Of a DNA stretch of 64,000 nucleotides, positions 1 to 11,749 are shown one piece after another. Source of the stretch: Gekko japonicus. Its lineage: Eukaryota. Every line of letters begins with the position of its first letter. The first letter of the stretch is position 1. Under the pieces are notes generated by a model. That model worked only from the letters and a program-made list of their open reading frames with translations, had not been told where the DNA came from and did not search any database. The translations under genes and the position numbers were made by a program. Where the stretch lies: the NCBI RefSeq assembly GCF_001447785.1, contig NW_015176566.1:1-64000 (forward strand). Reading direction: 5' to 3'.

Positions 1-1980
1 GAGCCCCATGACCACTGTCTATCCTGTGCGACCCACACATACAATAATAAAAGATAGGTAATACTATGTGTGTGTGTGTGTTAAGTGCCATCAATGTGGT
101 TTCAACTTATGTCAACCATATGAACTAATGACCTCGAGAACATCCTATCATTAAGAGCATGGCTCCAGTCTTGTATGCAGTAATAAGTATAGCATAAATA
201 ATTACAGAGTACCTTTCCACAGGAAGGGTTGTGTCCCCCACACCAATGTCAAAGCTTAGCTTCGTCATATATATGAAGTGAGTGGAAGGGTTTCCATCTC
301 TGTTCTTTCCACTCTCACCTCAACATGGAACACTGGAAATTGGGACAGAGAGATTGCCAGGGTACACAGAGGAGGACCAGCTGGCTGTGGAGAAGGAGGA
401 GTAACACCATTCCCTCCAACTATGGGGAGATGGCTCGTTTTGGTGTAACTGTTTTGCTGGTTTTACTTTCCCTTCTTTGTAGTCAGCCTGTTGTTGTCTT
501 GGTGATTGCTCATGTGCTGAGGTGAGGGCACAGAGATTGTTGATATAGGGGGATTCTGGAGAGGATGGGCCTTTCCATCTTGGAATGATGCCTAAAGGTC
601 AAGTAGGCTCACACCTGTTCTCCAGTCCCTCCGGCAGTAGCGGTTTCAATGTGGGAACCACCTGCCAACCACAAGCCCTACTGGGCAATGATCTGGAGGA
701 CTTTTCAGGAACATGGAAAGGGCACCAAATTGGGGATGAGCCATAGGTAGCTTGTCAATAAGCTATATCTGGCCTCTGAGGCAGTGAGTGAGTATCTCTG
801 GTGTATGTCATGTTGATAAAGGAAAAATACGTGCTCATTAGTGTCTTTCAGTGATCTTAGCCCACAAAATAGGCCTCAATGATACATTATTCCTTGAATG
901 CAACCCTTCCCCACAACTACTTACAATATACATCCTTCAAGGAAACATGCTCTGTCCTGTCTATATATGTGTGGAACCTCTTGTTTGCCTTCTATACTTC
1001 TTGGTAAAGAACATAATGAATCCATTTTGTTTTCCACAATTCTGGGCATGTTATAAGCTGAACACACACACCCCAAAAAAGGAGGGGGAAAACCCAATTA
1101 AAAAATTGAGTTGGGTACCACAAAAGAAGAATAAAAAATGTTTGAGTGTATGGTTGTGTGTATGTTTGTGTGTGCATGTATATTAAATAAACAAAATGAA
1201 ATTATTATACAGTGCACTTAAAATACAAATTTAAAAACATAGGCTTTGAATTAGCCTTTGGGCTAAAAGTAACCAGACTAAGTAGTCCTGAATATACAAT
1301 ATATAATACAAACGAGTATCTCAAAACTGATGGTATACAAAAAAGACCACAGTTAATCAGACTCAGTGATTACCTCAAGGACGAGAGTTCACAAACAAAG
1401 TCACAGTAAACAAGACCAAACTCATTGGCTATATGGGCTTTCTTCACAAATACACACATAAACACCAAGAACAAGTCTTGATATAATAAGCCAGACCATG
1501 TGTTAACTGATTGCTGAAAAATGAGGACAAAAATGAATATTTTAATTAAAACACCCGGAAAATGCAATAATATTTTTTTTTTAAAAAAAAAAACCTCGCT
1601 GGGAAGAAATTTTAATAATCACTCACAAGTGCATTTTATTCCTTGTAGTCAAATGGAGACATTAAAAAGATCATGGATTTTGTTCCATTATTTTCATGCT
1701 CACATATAAAAATGTCAGATTATAAATCACATTTAAATTACATCTAATCTGCCAATACGTAATGGTATAATATTATTATATGTACATATATTTGTGTTGT
1801 ACTATCAAAATGACCTTAATGAAAATTATAATAAATAAATAAAATGTATTTCCAACCAACATGAATGGCTAAGATTAGGTTGGTAACACATTTTACTCAT
1901 CCTTTATAATTTTTGATCATTTTGATAGTACAGTAGGCAGACTGGGGAATCAGACCTGGGACTTCTAGCTTCTAGTCTGA

Positions 1981-2263
1981 GAATGATTTTGCACTAGAGC
2001 TGCCTCGATGTTGCACTGCCGTTTGCCCCGATACTATTGGTCAATTTCACACCCGAAGCTGCGGGGCTGCATTTTGACTCGCGCCTTCGCCAGATTTCCC
2101 CCACAGTTTCTTGATCCTGTTTTTTGAGGATCACGAAACTGCGGAGGAAATCGGGCAAAGCCACGGGTCAAATGCAGCCCCGCGGCTTCGGGTGTGAAAT
2201 TGACCAATAGTATCGGGGCAAATGGCGGCGCAACATCGAGGCAGCTCTAGTGCAAAATCAGCC
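1981..2263. mobile_element. Foldback MITE (PIF/Harbinger-like) inserted into a SINE
   Basis: Near-perfect ~135-bp inverted arms (tgattttgcactagagctgcctcgatgttg...caacatcgaggcagctctagtgcaaaatca). 3-bp TSD TGA at 1978-1980 and 2264-2266. The flanks rejoin as SINE-like sequence. Confidence 0.85.
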
Positions 2264-2507
2264 TGACTCTTTTCACCATTACACCATGCTGGCTCTCATG
2301 TGCTGCAAATATACAGAAGACTGGAATCTCCTGCTGACTGTGCTCCTGATGTGACTGATAAAATGTTTAGAAATTGGGAAGGAGGAACAATAGATATTTC
2401 CCATTATATTTGTTCTACCTTGGAAAACAGATTAGGTTATACATAATCAAGAAGAAATATGGGTGAAGTGTTGGACAGATCCTTATTTTTGAAAAGATCC
2501 CAGACTC

Positions 2508-3027
2508 TCACCATTTTAATATCTTCTTAAATGATGCCTTCATCTCCTTGTTTGGTAAGCTGTAGATGATAGGGTTTAGTAATGGTGTGAGGCTGCTGTA
2601 TTGTATAGAAAGAATTTCATCCAAAACTACTGATGATGCTGAGCTTGGTCTAAGATAGCGGAAGTAACCTGTCCCATAGAAAAGAGTCACTACACTGAGG
2701 TGGGAGCTGCAGGTAGAAAAAGCTTTTTGCCTGAGCAAAACATCCCCTGACAGATATAGTCTTCTCTTTGGCAATGGTGGTCTCCAGCATCTTTGGGAGT
2801 GTGACCGATGAGTAACAGACATCCAGGAAAGAGAGATGACTCAAGAAGAAGTACATGGGGTTCTGAAGCTTAGGGTTGGATTTCACAGCCAGCATGATCA
2901 TAACATTTGCCACTACAGTCAACAGATAAATTAACAAGAAGAGGACAAAGAGGAGAATCTGGAGCTGAAGATCTTTGGAAAGACCAAGGAGCCAAAAGAA
3001 GCATTCATCAGTTTGGTTTCCTACCAT
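2508..3027 (-). pseudogene. Olfactory receptor pseudogene with ~400-bp internal deletion and frameshift
   Basis: MVGNQT...LQNPMYFFLSHLSFLDVCYSSVTLPKML...GCFAQ joins out of frame to RQKAFSTCSSHL...PLLNPIIYSL. TM3-TM5, including MAYDRY, is missing. Upstream acceptor tttccatAG at 3047-3048. Confidence 0.95.
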
Positions 3028-4184
3028 GACTGACAATCCATGACACCTATGGAAATGAGGAAATAGCAAAATGTGAAAAATAACCCTCTGAACATAACAT
3101 AACAGCAGAACATCTTTTTTGTAGTGTGATAAATTTGCCATGGAGGTACTCAGTAAGGCAAAACATTCACATGATTTTGAAGAAATGCAAAATAATTTTC
3201 GGGAAAAAAATGGTGTTTCCTGTCAGTTTCCTCAGAGCTCACCTTGGAATTGCTGTCACTCAATGCAATACGTTAGTCTAACAGTTCAATGAACTGTATC
3301 TGTCTCTCACCAATGCTGTTGAAGGACTGTGAATGTAGAAGGTCTCAGCTTTAATCCCTGTCATCTCCCAAATTAGGAATTCAAGGCAGCACAGGTCTGA
3401 AAAGCCTCTATTAAGCCACTGACAGTGAGAGTAGACAATACTGCTATGTATTGACCAATGGTAGAAGTCTGCTTTCTAGGGAGATCTTTTAGGGAATGTA
3501 TGTACGGTTGGGTGGGTGGAGGGGTGACAACCTCTGTATACAGATGGCAGAAGTGATCAGACCTGAGACTAAAATTACCAACAAATCTTGCCTGTCAGAA
3601 TTATAGAGGCAAATGCTACAAAAATTTCAAAGGAAATTTTGTTGCTAAGATTAGTGACACATGGGGTAACCACATGTCCCTCATGGATTTCCAGTGTATG
3701 TAGGACTGCATCAAGGTCCAAGCTCAGATCATACCCAAGTTCAACAACAAAAAAAATTGGTTATGAAGCACTTTCTGCAAAGAGGAAAAACTAAGAAATC
3801 CAGATACATCTATGGAAGCAAAACCACTTGTGCAAGGTCATTCCTACCACTGCTGGAATAAATATGTTATCAGTAGTATCCCCATGTTCTCTCCTTGCTG
3901 CCTAATCACCACTCTGCCTTCTATCTCCATCACTTTCATTGGCCAGCATGCAAGAAGAAAAGACTGGACTCCTTATACTTGCAATTACAGAATTAAAATG
4001 GAATTTTTAAATTCTTTTAAAAGTACAAAAGTAGTTTTTAAAGTATAAAATGTGTGTAAGAGAAGGGAATGTTGTGGGACTATTAAAATTCTCATAGAAA
4101 CAATAAATGTTTAAATTGCAGACTGTCTAGCTAGAGCTTGTTGTTAGTAGAAACAGGTTTCTACAGAAAAATCTCCCCTACCAC

Positions 4185-4364
4185 CAATGCTCCCTCTAAA
4201 CTATGGAGTCTTGTGAGCAAAGATTCTACTTTGTGAGCAATTTGGCTACTGCATAAAATAGTTCAGTCTGGAGGCATCCTTCTTGAGCTAAGACAAAAAT
4301 GTGTGAGCTGAAGTCTAAAAAACTGTGAGCTAGCTCACACTAACTCAGCTTAGAGTGAACACTG
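4185..4364. mobile_element. hAT-type MITE
   Basis: TIRs caatgctccctctaa / ttagagtgaacactg; perfect 8-bp TSD cctaccac. A partial relative lies at ~57825-57905. Confidence 0.85.
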
Positions 4365-4414
4365 CCTACCACAAAAAGCAGAAAGGGGCTAAAGATGGGG
4401 AAATTGCGTTGCAA

Positions 4415-5400
4415 TATCTTTTTTTTACAATTTTTTTTAATTTTCACAATAAAATGCAAACATGAGGTTCAAATATGATAAACATGTATAAATACGATAG
4501 AACTTATAAAAGAAAAAATAACATATTATGCACTTTTACAACATCAACAACAATAAATGTAGGTGAAGAGTAGATGGTGAAATAGGTTATGAATAAACAC
4601 TTCATAAATTGAACAAGAATATAAGAAGCAATGCTAGTTAGCTAGAGTAGAATATTTAACACTACCATAACCAAAGTTCATCAATCACTTTAAAAATGTC
4701 TTTTTGTCCAGAGAGGTATTCTAAGATAGGAAACTATGTAGCTACAAATGTGGTAGGGGCAGATATTTTATCAAATCACGTAAGATTGTCCGAGAGTTTA
4801 GCCATAATATATAAATCCCACATCTTTTTATGCCATTGTGAAAGAGTGGGTGTCATTGATGTAACTGATGTTTTCCAGTGTGTGGCAATGACAGTTCTAG
4901 CTGCAAAAAGCAATAAGGAGACCCTTTTTGTAATAGAAAAAGCAGAGTGGTGAACAGCCCAACTGTTCAAAAACAGGTGTTCAGGTGTGGGTATAATGTC
5001 TATGTTAATAATGGATTTAATTTGGGTCAGAACTTCCTTCCAGAAAGGAAGAACTTTAGGACAAAAGATCCAGCAATGTAAGTAGTTACCTATGCCTCCA
5101 CATTGTTTCCAGCATTTTGGACTGCAGGATGGGTTAATAGGAGCTTGTTTGAGTGGTGTAAGATACCAGTGACATAAAATTTTGAAAGATTGCAGTTTCA
5201 TAGCTGTAATTTTTGAATAGAATGGAGGGGAGCATTGCAATATCTTATGCCCCTTCCTATGTACCAAAGATGTGAAATCAGGTCATTACAATAAACATAA
5301 TCAGACTCACCAAATGTGCTTGAGGTTATAATACTTGGAATGTAATCTGTTTCTCTTGTATCACCCCAATTTTTCTCCCAGCATTGCATCTGCCCTTCTA
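4415..5400 (-). mobile_element. L1-clade LINE 3' fragment (ORF2 Cys-rich C-terminus, 3'UTR, A-tail)
   Basis: ORF 4776-5267 reads HWYLTP...CWKQCGGIGNYLHCWIFCPKV..FW, typical of the L1 ORF2 C-terminus. T-runs at ~4418-4440 are the poly(A). Confidence 0.8.
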
Positions 5401-5733
5401 GTGCTTTACATGTATTCTGATTCCTAGACTGAGGAGATACCTTGCCATTTCCTACTTACTGAGTAAAACTTCTTTCAAATAGAAACTCTACTACTTGTGT
5501 TTTGTGTAATATAAACACTCAAAGTTCCTTGAACACAAAACATTGAGTTGGGTCCAGCTAACTTGGAGAAAATGGGCAAAGAGCCCTCAATGAACAAATG
5601 TCATGTGGAGATGGGATGTAGTAAGCCATAAGTGCCTTCCATTGATAGGGAACAGAACTTCTTGTCTGACCTAATACGTTTCAAACCAATCCATTTTTTT
5701 CCATTGTCTGAACATGACAGGAAGCTATTCTCT

Positions 5734-5850
5734 CATATTTTAACAGTATAAAACGTACGTTACAAAGATAATGCAAGTTCTTTATTTGCATCCCATATTT
5801 TAACAGTATAAAACATACATTACAAAGATAATGCAAGTTCTTTATTTGCA
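5734..5850 (+). repeat. Tandem duplication, period 60 bp
   Basis: catattttaacagtataaaac...gttctttatttgca occurs twice. Confidence 0.95.
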
Positions 5851-8509
5851 ATAGCTTGTACAGTTTACAGTTATGCTGAAAAATAAGGAAGGTGCCTCTT
5901 CAGCTTTAGTCAAGGAGCTCAGGGCAGTGTAGAGTGTCATTTTTCTCCAAAATAGTCCTAAGAGGTAAGTTAGGCAGAGAAGAAGTGAAAGGTCTAAGGT
6001 CATCCAGTGATCTACGTGATAGAGTGGGGATTTGCACTGTGGTCTCTCCAACTGGAGTCACCATACTCACAGTAGCTATCCTGTACCCTTAAGGTCTTCT
6101 TCAGTCATTACAGTTAACATAATCAGACTTACTGGTTGTGCTCACTCCCTGAAGGACTGCAATCTGTTTCCCTCTATGATTCCAAATTTCGCAACATAGT
6201 GAGAAAAGAGAAATGGTACTACCTTGTATTCATTTGAGTCTTCTATATGTCTTTCCCCCCCTCCTTACTAGTAAAGAAATATCTTTCTGTATAATGTAAC
6301 AAGTTCTCATAAATTCATTTATCTATCCAGCAGCTTGTTCCATTGGTGACTAGCTGCTACTGATTATGAAGATCTCAGGTCAGCTTTGCAGATGCATTTA
6401 AAGATTGCCTGGAATTCTTAATTATTCCCATTGGAAATAAAACAGAACACTTAATTTCCTGATGTGAAGGAACCTAGAAAACCATGCAGTCCAAGTTCCC
6501 TGGCTCAAAGAAAAAATGTCCCCCTATTTTAACATTCCAACCCAACCCTCCTTAATCCAGTCCATACTACACCATACTCCACCCAGACCACAATCACAGA
6601 TCAAGGGCACCTTAGTAAAATGTTTGAAAACAGATCCAGGTTAAAGACAGACGGTGGACACAGTATCTTTACCAGGGTTGCTGCTTCAGTACTGCAGATA
6701 GTATTTGTGGGTGCAGCTGATGGCATCACTTCCTGGTACAAGGTTCTTCTGTCCATTCAGGAGCCATGCACCTCCACGGTGCTGTAGTCCCTCTATTGTT
6801 GTCTCCATGTGAAATAGATGTTCCTAATATTCGTGTTTTCACTATTTGACTTCACCAAATGTATCATTCGGAGCACCACAAGTCAGGGCTGTGATGCCTG
6901 AGAACAGAAGCATTCAAGAGAAAATGATGCTATTCCTACCTTTCCTTGACAAACCAAATTGGTATTTGTCCTGTTTAGGCTAACTTCTTGTCAATGTTCT
7001 TTTATTGTTTCTATTTTTTTGTGTATTTTGTTGCAGTATTGGAAGTTGTTTCAAATGCAGTTAGGAATGGGATGAAAAACACAGCAAACAAAAAAAAATG
7101 CTAAGCAATACAAAGTGACTACTGAACTCACCAATGATTATACTGAAATGTATATTGTTAATCTCTGTGTTATTGGATTTTTGTTTTCATTGGCTGCCTA
7201 AGACTAACAAAGATAAGCATCTGGAGTTGTGGACACCCAGAAACCCTGGATTACTTATTTTTAATGGAATTTGTATGCAGCCTCTCCAGACCTGCCCCTA
7301 GAAGATCCCAATTAAAACAATAAAACAAAACTAATCAAGACAATAAAATGCCAATAAAACAAATAACACAACAAAAAGGTCAGCAAGACAGTAGAATAAA
7401 TTAATAAATAAATCAATAAAAAACTTGGCAGTAAAAGCAAGCTAAGCCAATTAAACAGGGCATGAAAGGTCATAAAACAATCAGAGCATTTTAGACTAAT
7501 TGTGTTACTTCTCTGTTTCTTGCCTCTCTCCAAGGCTATTCTTTTCTGCGTCCCAAAACTCTCTGTTGGCCTGTGTAGCTGAGGTCAGTCTAGTGACACA
7601 ATGGACTGATGGTCTAATTCAGTATAAAGAGAGTTCATGTGTACCCCACCAATTAACCAATCTTTAAGAGGCAGTTTCAATTATGACTCACCATGAAGCT
7701 CATTTGGCAGCCTTGGACCAGTAATTTTCTCTCAGCTAATCTATCTGGGTAAATTGGAGATGGGGAAAGCCATAAAAACTGCTCTGACTTCCTTGAAGGA
7801 ATGGTGATATAATAAAATAATTTGGAAAACGAGAATGACAGCAGCTATTAAAACATATATCAGTAGGTTACAAAAAATATAAAGGGGCAATTTAAGTCTT
7901 TTAAAATGTTTTACAGAAAATACTTTTAAAATATACACATAAAATACAGATATCTCATCACTGAGAGACAGAAGAATGGCCCCTGTGTATGTCTCAGGAA
8001 ATGTTTCTGTGGTGTAACAATGCATTTTTATGCAGCAGAGCATAAATATAATAGCCTTCCCCTGTCATTTATCACCAGAAAATGGCATTTGGAGTCCTGC
8101 CACCTCTGTACATAGAGTTTCTATTCACTTGTCATGAATAATAGATACCAACAGGATTTTCTTAACAATTTATCTGTTCCTTTATTAAAAGCAATTTTTG
8201 ATGGTGGCCATCATGTGATCATGATTTAAGCACATAAGATCAGCATTGTTGGAGCAAACCAATGGTCCATCTTCTCCGGCATCCCTTCTGTTTCTTCCAG
8301 TGCCAACCAGATACCCCTGCGTACTGAGCCCAAATCCTCCCTCTATTGTTTCACTCCAGCACTGGTGCCTAAAGTGTTACTGTCTTTGAACACAGAAGGT
8401 AGGTATAGATATCACAGCTGTTGAACCTGTTCTCCATGAAATTGTCTAATCCTCTTCCAAAGTCAATGGAACTACAAGTTTGTCATTGTCTGTCATGCTG
8501 ATAGACATA

Positions 8510-9468
8510 ACAAGAGGAGACCCGCAACAAAATGTTGCGTAATGTATTGTGGTCCTACAGCCCTACATACATACGCACCCACATATCCACAGCTATATAT
8601 CTATAGATACACACACACACACACACACACACATCTATAGAGACACATACATACACATACATGCGTGTGTACACACACACGAGAGACATACATAAGCACA
8701 GGGCGGGGACAGGGCGAAGGCGGGCCCGCAGAAGAGTCTCCCTCCACGGAGGCACCTGAGGCAACCCGCCCCCTAGAGAGAGGAGAGTCCCTTTAAATGA
8801 GGAGGAAGCGGCCGGTGACCCCGGGGCTCAGTGGCGACAGGGGGGGAGGAGGGGGGCTGGGGGGTCCAGGCTGAGCCCGGCCGTGAAGGACGAGGAAGGC
8901 AAGCCCGGCCAAGAGAAACCGGCGACCTGGAGGTGGAAGGTGGAGGTGACCGCCCTCCACCCCCCTCCCGCCCTCCACCTGGACCCCGCCTGCCTGCCGG
9001 CCGGTCTCGTAGCCCGTCCCCGCCTGCTCTGTCCCGCCCGGCTAGCGGAGTGTCCGGCAGAGCACCTCACCTGCGTCCTCCTCAGCATCGCCTCCGTTCT
9101 TTCCTCCTCCTTCCGGGCGGCGCCGCCCGGCTCATCCCGTAAGGCATCGGGGCCGAGCGCTGAGGTAAATGGCGGTGGCGGCTCTGGCCAGTCGCCTCAA
9201 TGGGTGCGGCGTTACCGCCATCCCGGCGCCATTACTGGGCGACAACTGACACTGGGGGGGAGGGGAGAGTGCAAAGGGGCGGCCAGGAGCAGCGGCGCCC
9301 AGCAGGGCAGGAGCCACTTTGGGAAGTCTCGTGAGGAAGCCGGCGGGAAGAGCAGGAAGCCGCTCGTCCCTCGCTATTTCCCTCCCCCCGCAAGCCGGCA
9401 CTGAAGCCGTCCCTTGCTATTTCCCTCCCCCCCCCCCAACCCGGCCCCCAAGCCGGGCCGCAAAACTA
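8510..9468 (-). mobile_element. Helentron (Helitron2)-like non-autonomous element with captured GC-rich cargo
   Basis: The minus-strand 3' end is CTTGT(T), preceded by a perfect hairpin cgcaaca-aaa-tgttgcg (8523-8539). Asymmetric subterminal IRs: gtattgtggtcc (8544-8555) vs gggccgcaaaac (9455-9466), 9/12. Internal CA/TA microsatellite; A/T-run boundaries; no TSD. Confidence 0.6.
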
Positions 9469-9793
9469 AACCAATCATGTTAGGCACCTTGAATGCTATG
9501 TGTATCTTTTAAACAAAACTTAGTTTATTTAAGGTAACCAATCTGCTCATCAGATGCATAAATTATGTGTGTGAGAGAGAGAATGTTTAAATTAGCCAGT
9601 GGGTATCACATGCAAATGTTTAGTTCAGCAGAAGGTAACTGGTTTGACACTGTGAAACCAGATGGGAGATTAGGTGGAACACTGTTCTGATCCAGCATAG
9701 TATATCTTATGTTTTTAGTCCAATGGTGATCCTTTCAGTTTGCTACCATTATTGTGACTGTTATTATTCATGTCTCTGTAGCTGTCTGATATA

Positions 9794-11131
9794 ATGGAGA
9801 AGGAAAACTGAACTGTGGTTGCAGAATTTGTCTTTCTTCATTTCACTAGCATACCAAGCCTTGAGGCAGCACTGTTTGTGCTGTTCTTTATCATCTACAT
9901 CCTGGCACTTCTGGGCAACCTGCTGATCATTGTCATCGTGGTGGTGGATTCATGCCTCCAGACTGCCATGTATTTCTTCATCTGCAACCTGTCAATGGTT
10001 GAGGTTTGGTATGCCACCATCACAGTGCCGAAGATGCTGGTGAACCTCCTGGCAGACAAGAGGGCCATTTCAATCCAGGGTTGTATCACCCAATATTACT
10101 TCTTCTTTGCCTTTGCTGCTATAGAACTGTTCCTCCTTACAGTCATGGCTTACGATAGGTACCTTGCCATCTGTAAGCCACTAAGCTACTCCACCATTGT
10201 AAGGGATGAGAGAAATGAGGTCACAAATTGCCACCCCCCAGTGAGCAGAAAAGAGCGTAAGTTTGGGCAGGATTACACCTTGAGGGAAGGAGGCTGCACG
10301 CCGTGCTAATCACCAGCAGCTGTAAGGTTTTGTTATCTGAAGGGAGTTTCAGCAGATAAGATATGCTTCTTACAGGACGCACCTCAGTTTGTGTGGCGGG
10401 GATCTGACGAATAGTCCTGGAAGATGGCCCAACGTGCTACCAGGAACGATTAGGAAGAGAGCTGCAGCTTCCTTTTATGAATGAACATTTTATATTTGTG
10501 AGTTACCTATTTTATTGCCAACGGCTTCAACGAGGGCTGTTTTCTGCTCTGCATACAGCCCGGGAGAGTAAAGACTGTTTTATTTATTAAATGAACTGCT
10601 TTTAACAAATATTTTCCCTGCTGTTGGGAGCTGCGTCTGTGGTTGTATTGACACTTGGCAAGCTGAAGCGAACCCACAAGGATCCTTACAGTCATGGCTT
10701 ACGATAGGTATCTTGCCATCTGCAACCCACTAAGCTACTCCACCGTCATGAACCCAAAGACATGTAAAAATGTGGCTACCCTTTGTTGGTTTGTAGGATT
10801 TATATGCCCTACTTTTCCATCTTTCATGTTAGCTAAAGTTTCCTTCTGCTATATGCATATTGTGGTCACCATATTAAAAATGTCTTCTGCTGCAGCCCGA
10901 AGGAAAACATTCTCTACATGTATCTCACCCCTCCCAGTAGTCACCATCTATTTTGGGACCCTCATTTTCATGTACGTTTGCCCAGCAGTAAAGTACAAAT
11001 CAAATGCCAACCAAGTAGTGGCTGTTTTTTACTCAGTGATAAGTCCACTGTTGAATCCAATGATCTACACACTAAGGAACAAGGATGTGAAAGAGGCTTT
11101 GAAGAAAATATTCCTCAGAAATAAAATCTAA
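9794..11131 (+). pseudogene. Olfactory receptor pseudogene (early stop, LTR insertion, in-frame deletion)
   Basis: ATG GAG AAG GAA AAC TGA gives a stop at codon 6. Motifs LQTAMYFF, MAYDRYLAIC, KTFSTC and PLLNPMIYTLRNKDV are present. Interrupted at 10198-10690. The SFC-to-YMH junction at ~10849 removes EC2/TM5. Confidence 0.95.
10198..10690. mobile_element. Solo LTR (Gypsy/ERV-like)
   Basis: 493 bp with TG...CA termini and inverted ends TGTAAGG...CCTTACA. ATTAAA/AATAAA-like signals inside. Interrupts OR coding sequence. Confidence 0.75.
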
Positions 11132-11393
11132 ACTGATGGGAGGTGCAGGTGGTAAGGGAGCTAGATAAGACCTAGAGTGAATGACAAATTGAGTGCCCAT
11201 GTTCATGTAGACTGCTGAATTAACATGGTAATAGTCCTCTGATTGCTTTGTGCCCAACCAAGATCACACATCATTCTTCAGAGAGCTCATAAATATGTAA
11301 CAGCCCATAACTTGTGCTTGTGGAAAAGCAATTGTGTGATCATGATCACATGGATGTGTTGAGCTCTATGAACACAGAAGTGTTAGTCCTGTT

Positions 11394-11749
11394 CTGCCGG
11401 CCGGTCTTGTAACCCGTCCCCGCCTGCTCCGTCCCGCCTGGCCGGCAGAGTGTCCAGCAGAGCCGCCTCACCTGAGCCCTCCTCAGCGTCACCTCCATTC
11501 TTTCCTCCTCCTTCCAGACGGTGGCGCCCGGCTCATCCCATAAGGCGTCGGGGCCGAGCGCTGAGGTAAATTGCGGCGCCAGCGGCTCCGGCCAGTCGCC
11601 TCAGCGGGCGCGGCGGTACCACCATCCCGGCGCCATTACTGGGCGACAACTGACACTGGGGGGGAGGGGAGAGTGCGAAGGGGCGACCAGGAGCAGCGGC
11701 GCCCGGCAAGGCGGGAGCCACTTTGGGAAGTCTCGCGAGGAAGCCGGCG
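11394..11749. repeat. Second, direct copy of the GC-rich cargo at 8994-9345
   Basis: Colinear ~355-bp match at roughly 85% identity. No element termini or TSD seen. Confidence 0.9.

Noticed and set aside
3028-3141. Upstream ATG extension of the first OR
   Set aside because: Crosses the splice acceptor at 3047-3048, so it is intronic.
8793-9404. Several GC-rich ORFs, including an Arg-rich leader-like MAVTPHPLRRLARAA
   Set aside because: Both copies stop at the same TGA after ~30 codons and I cannot match a known protein. Kept only as possible captured 5' sequence.
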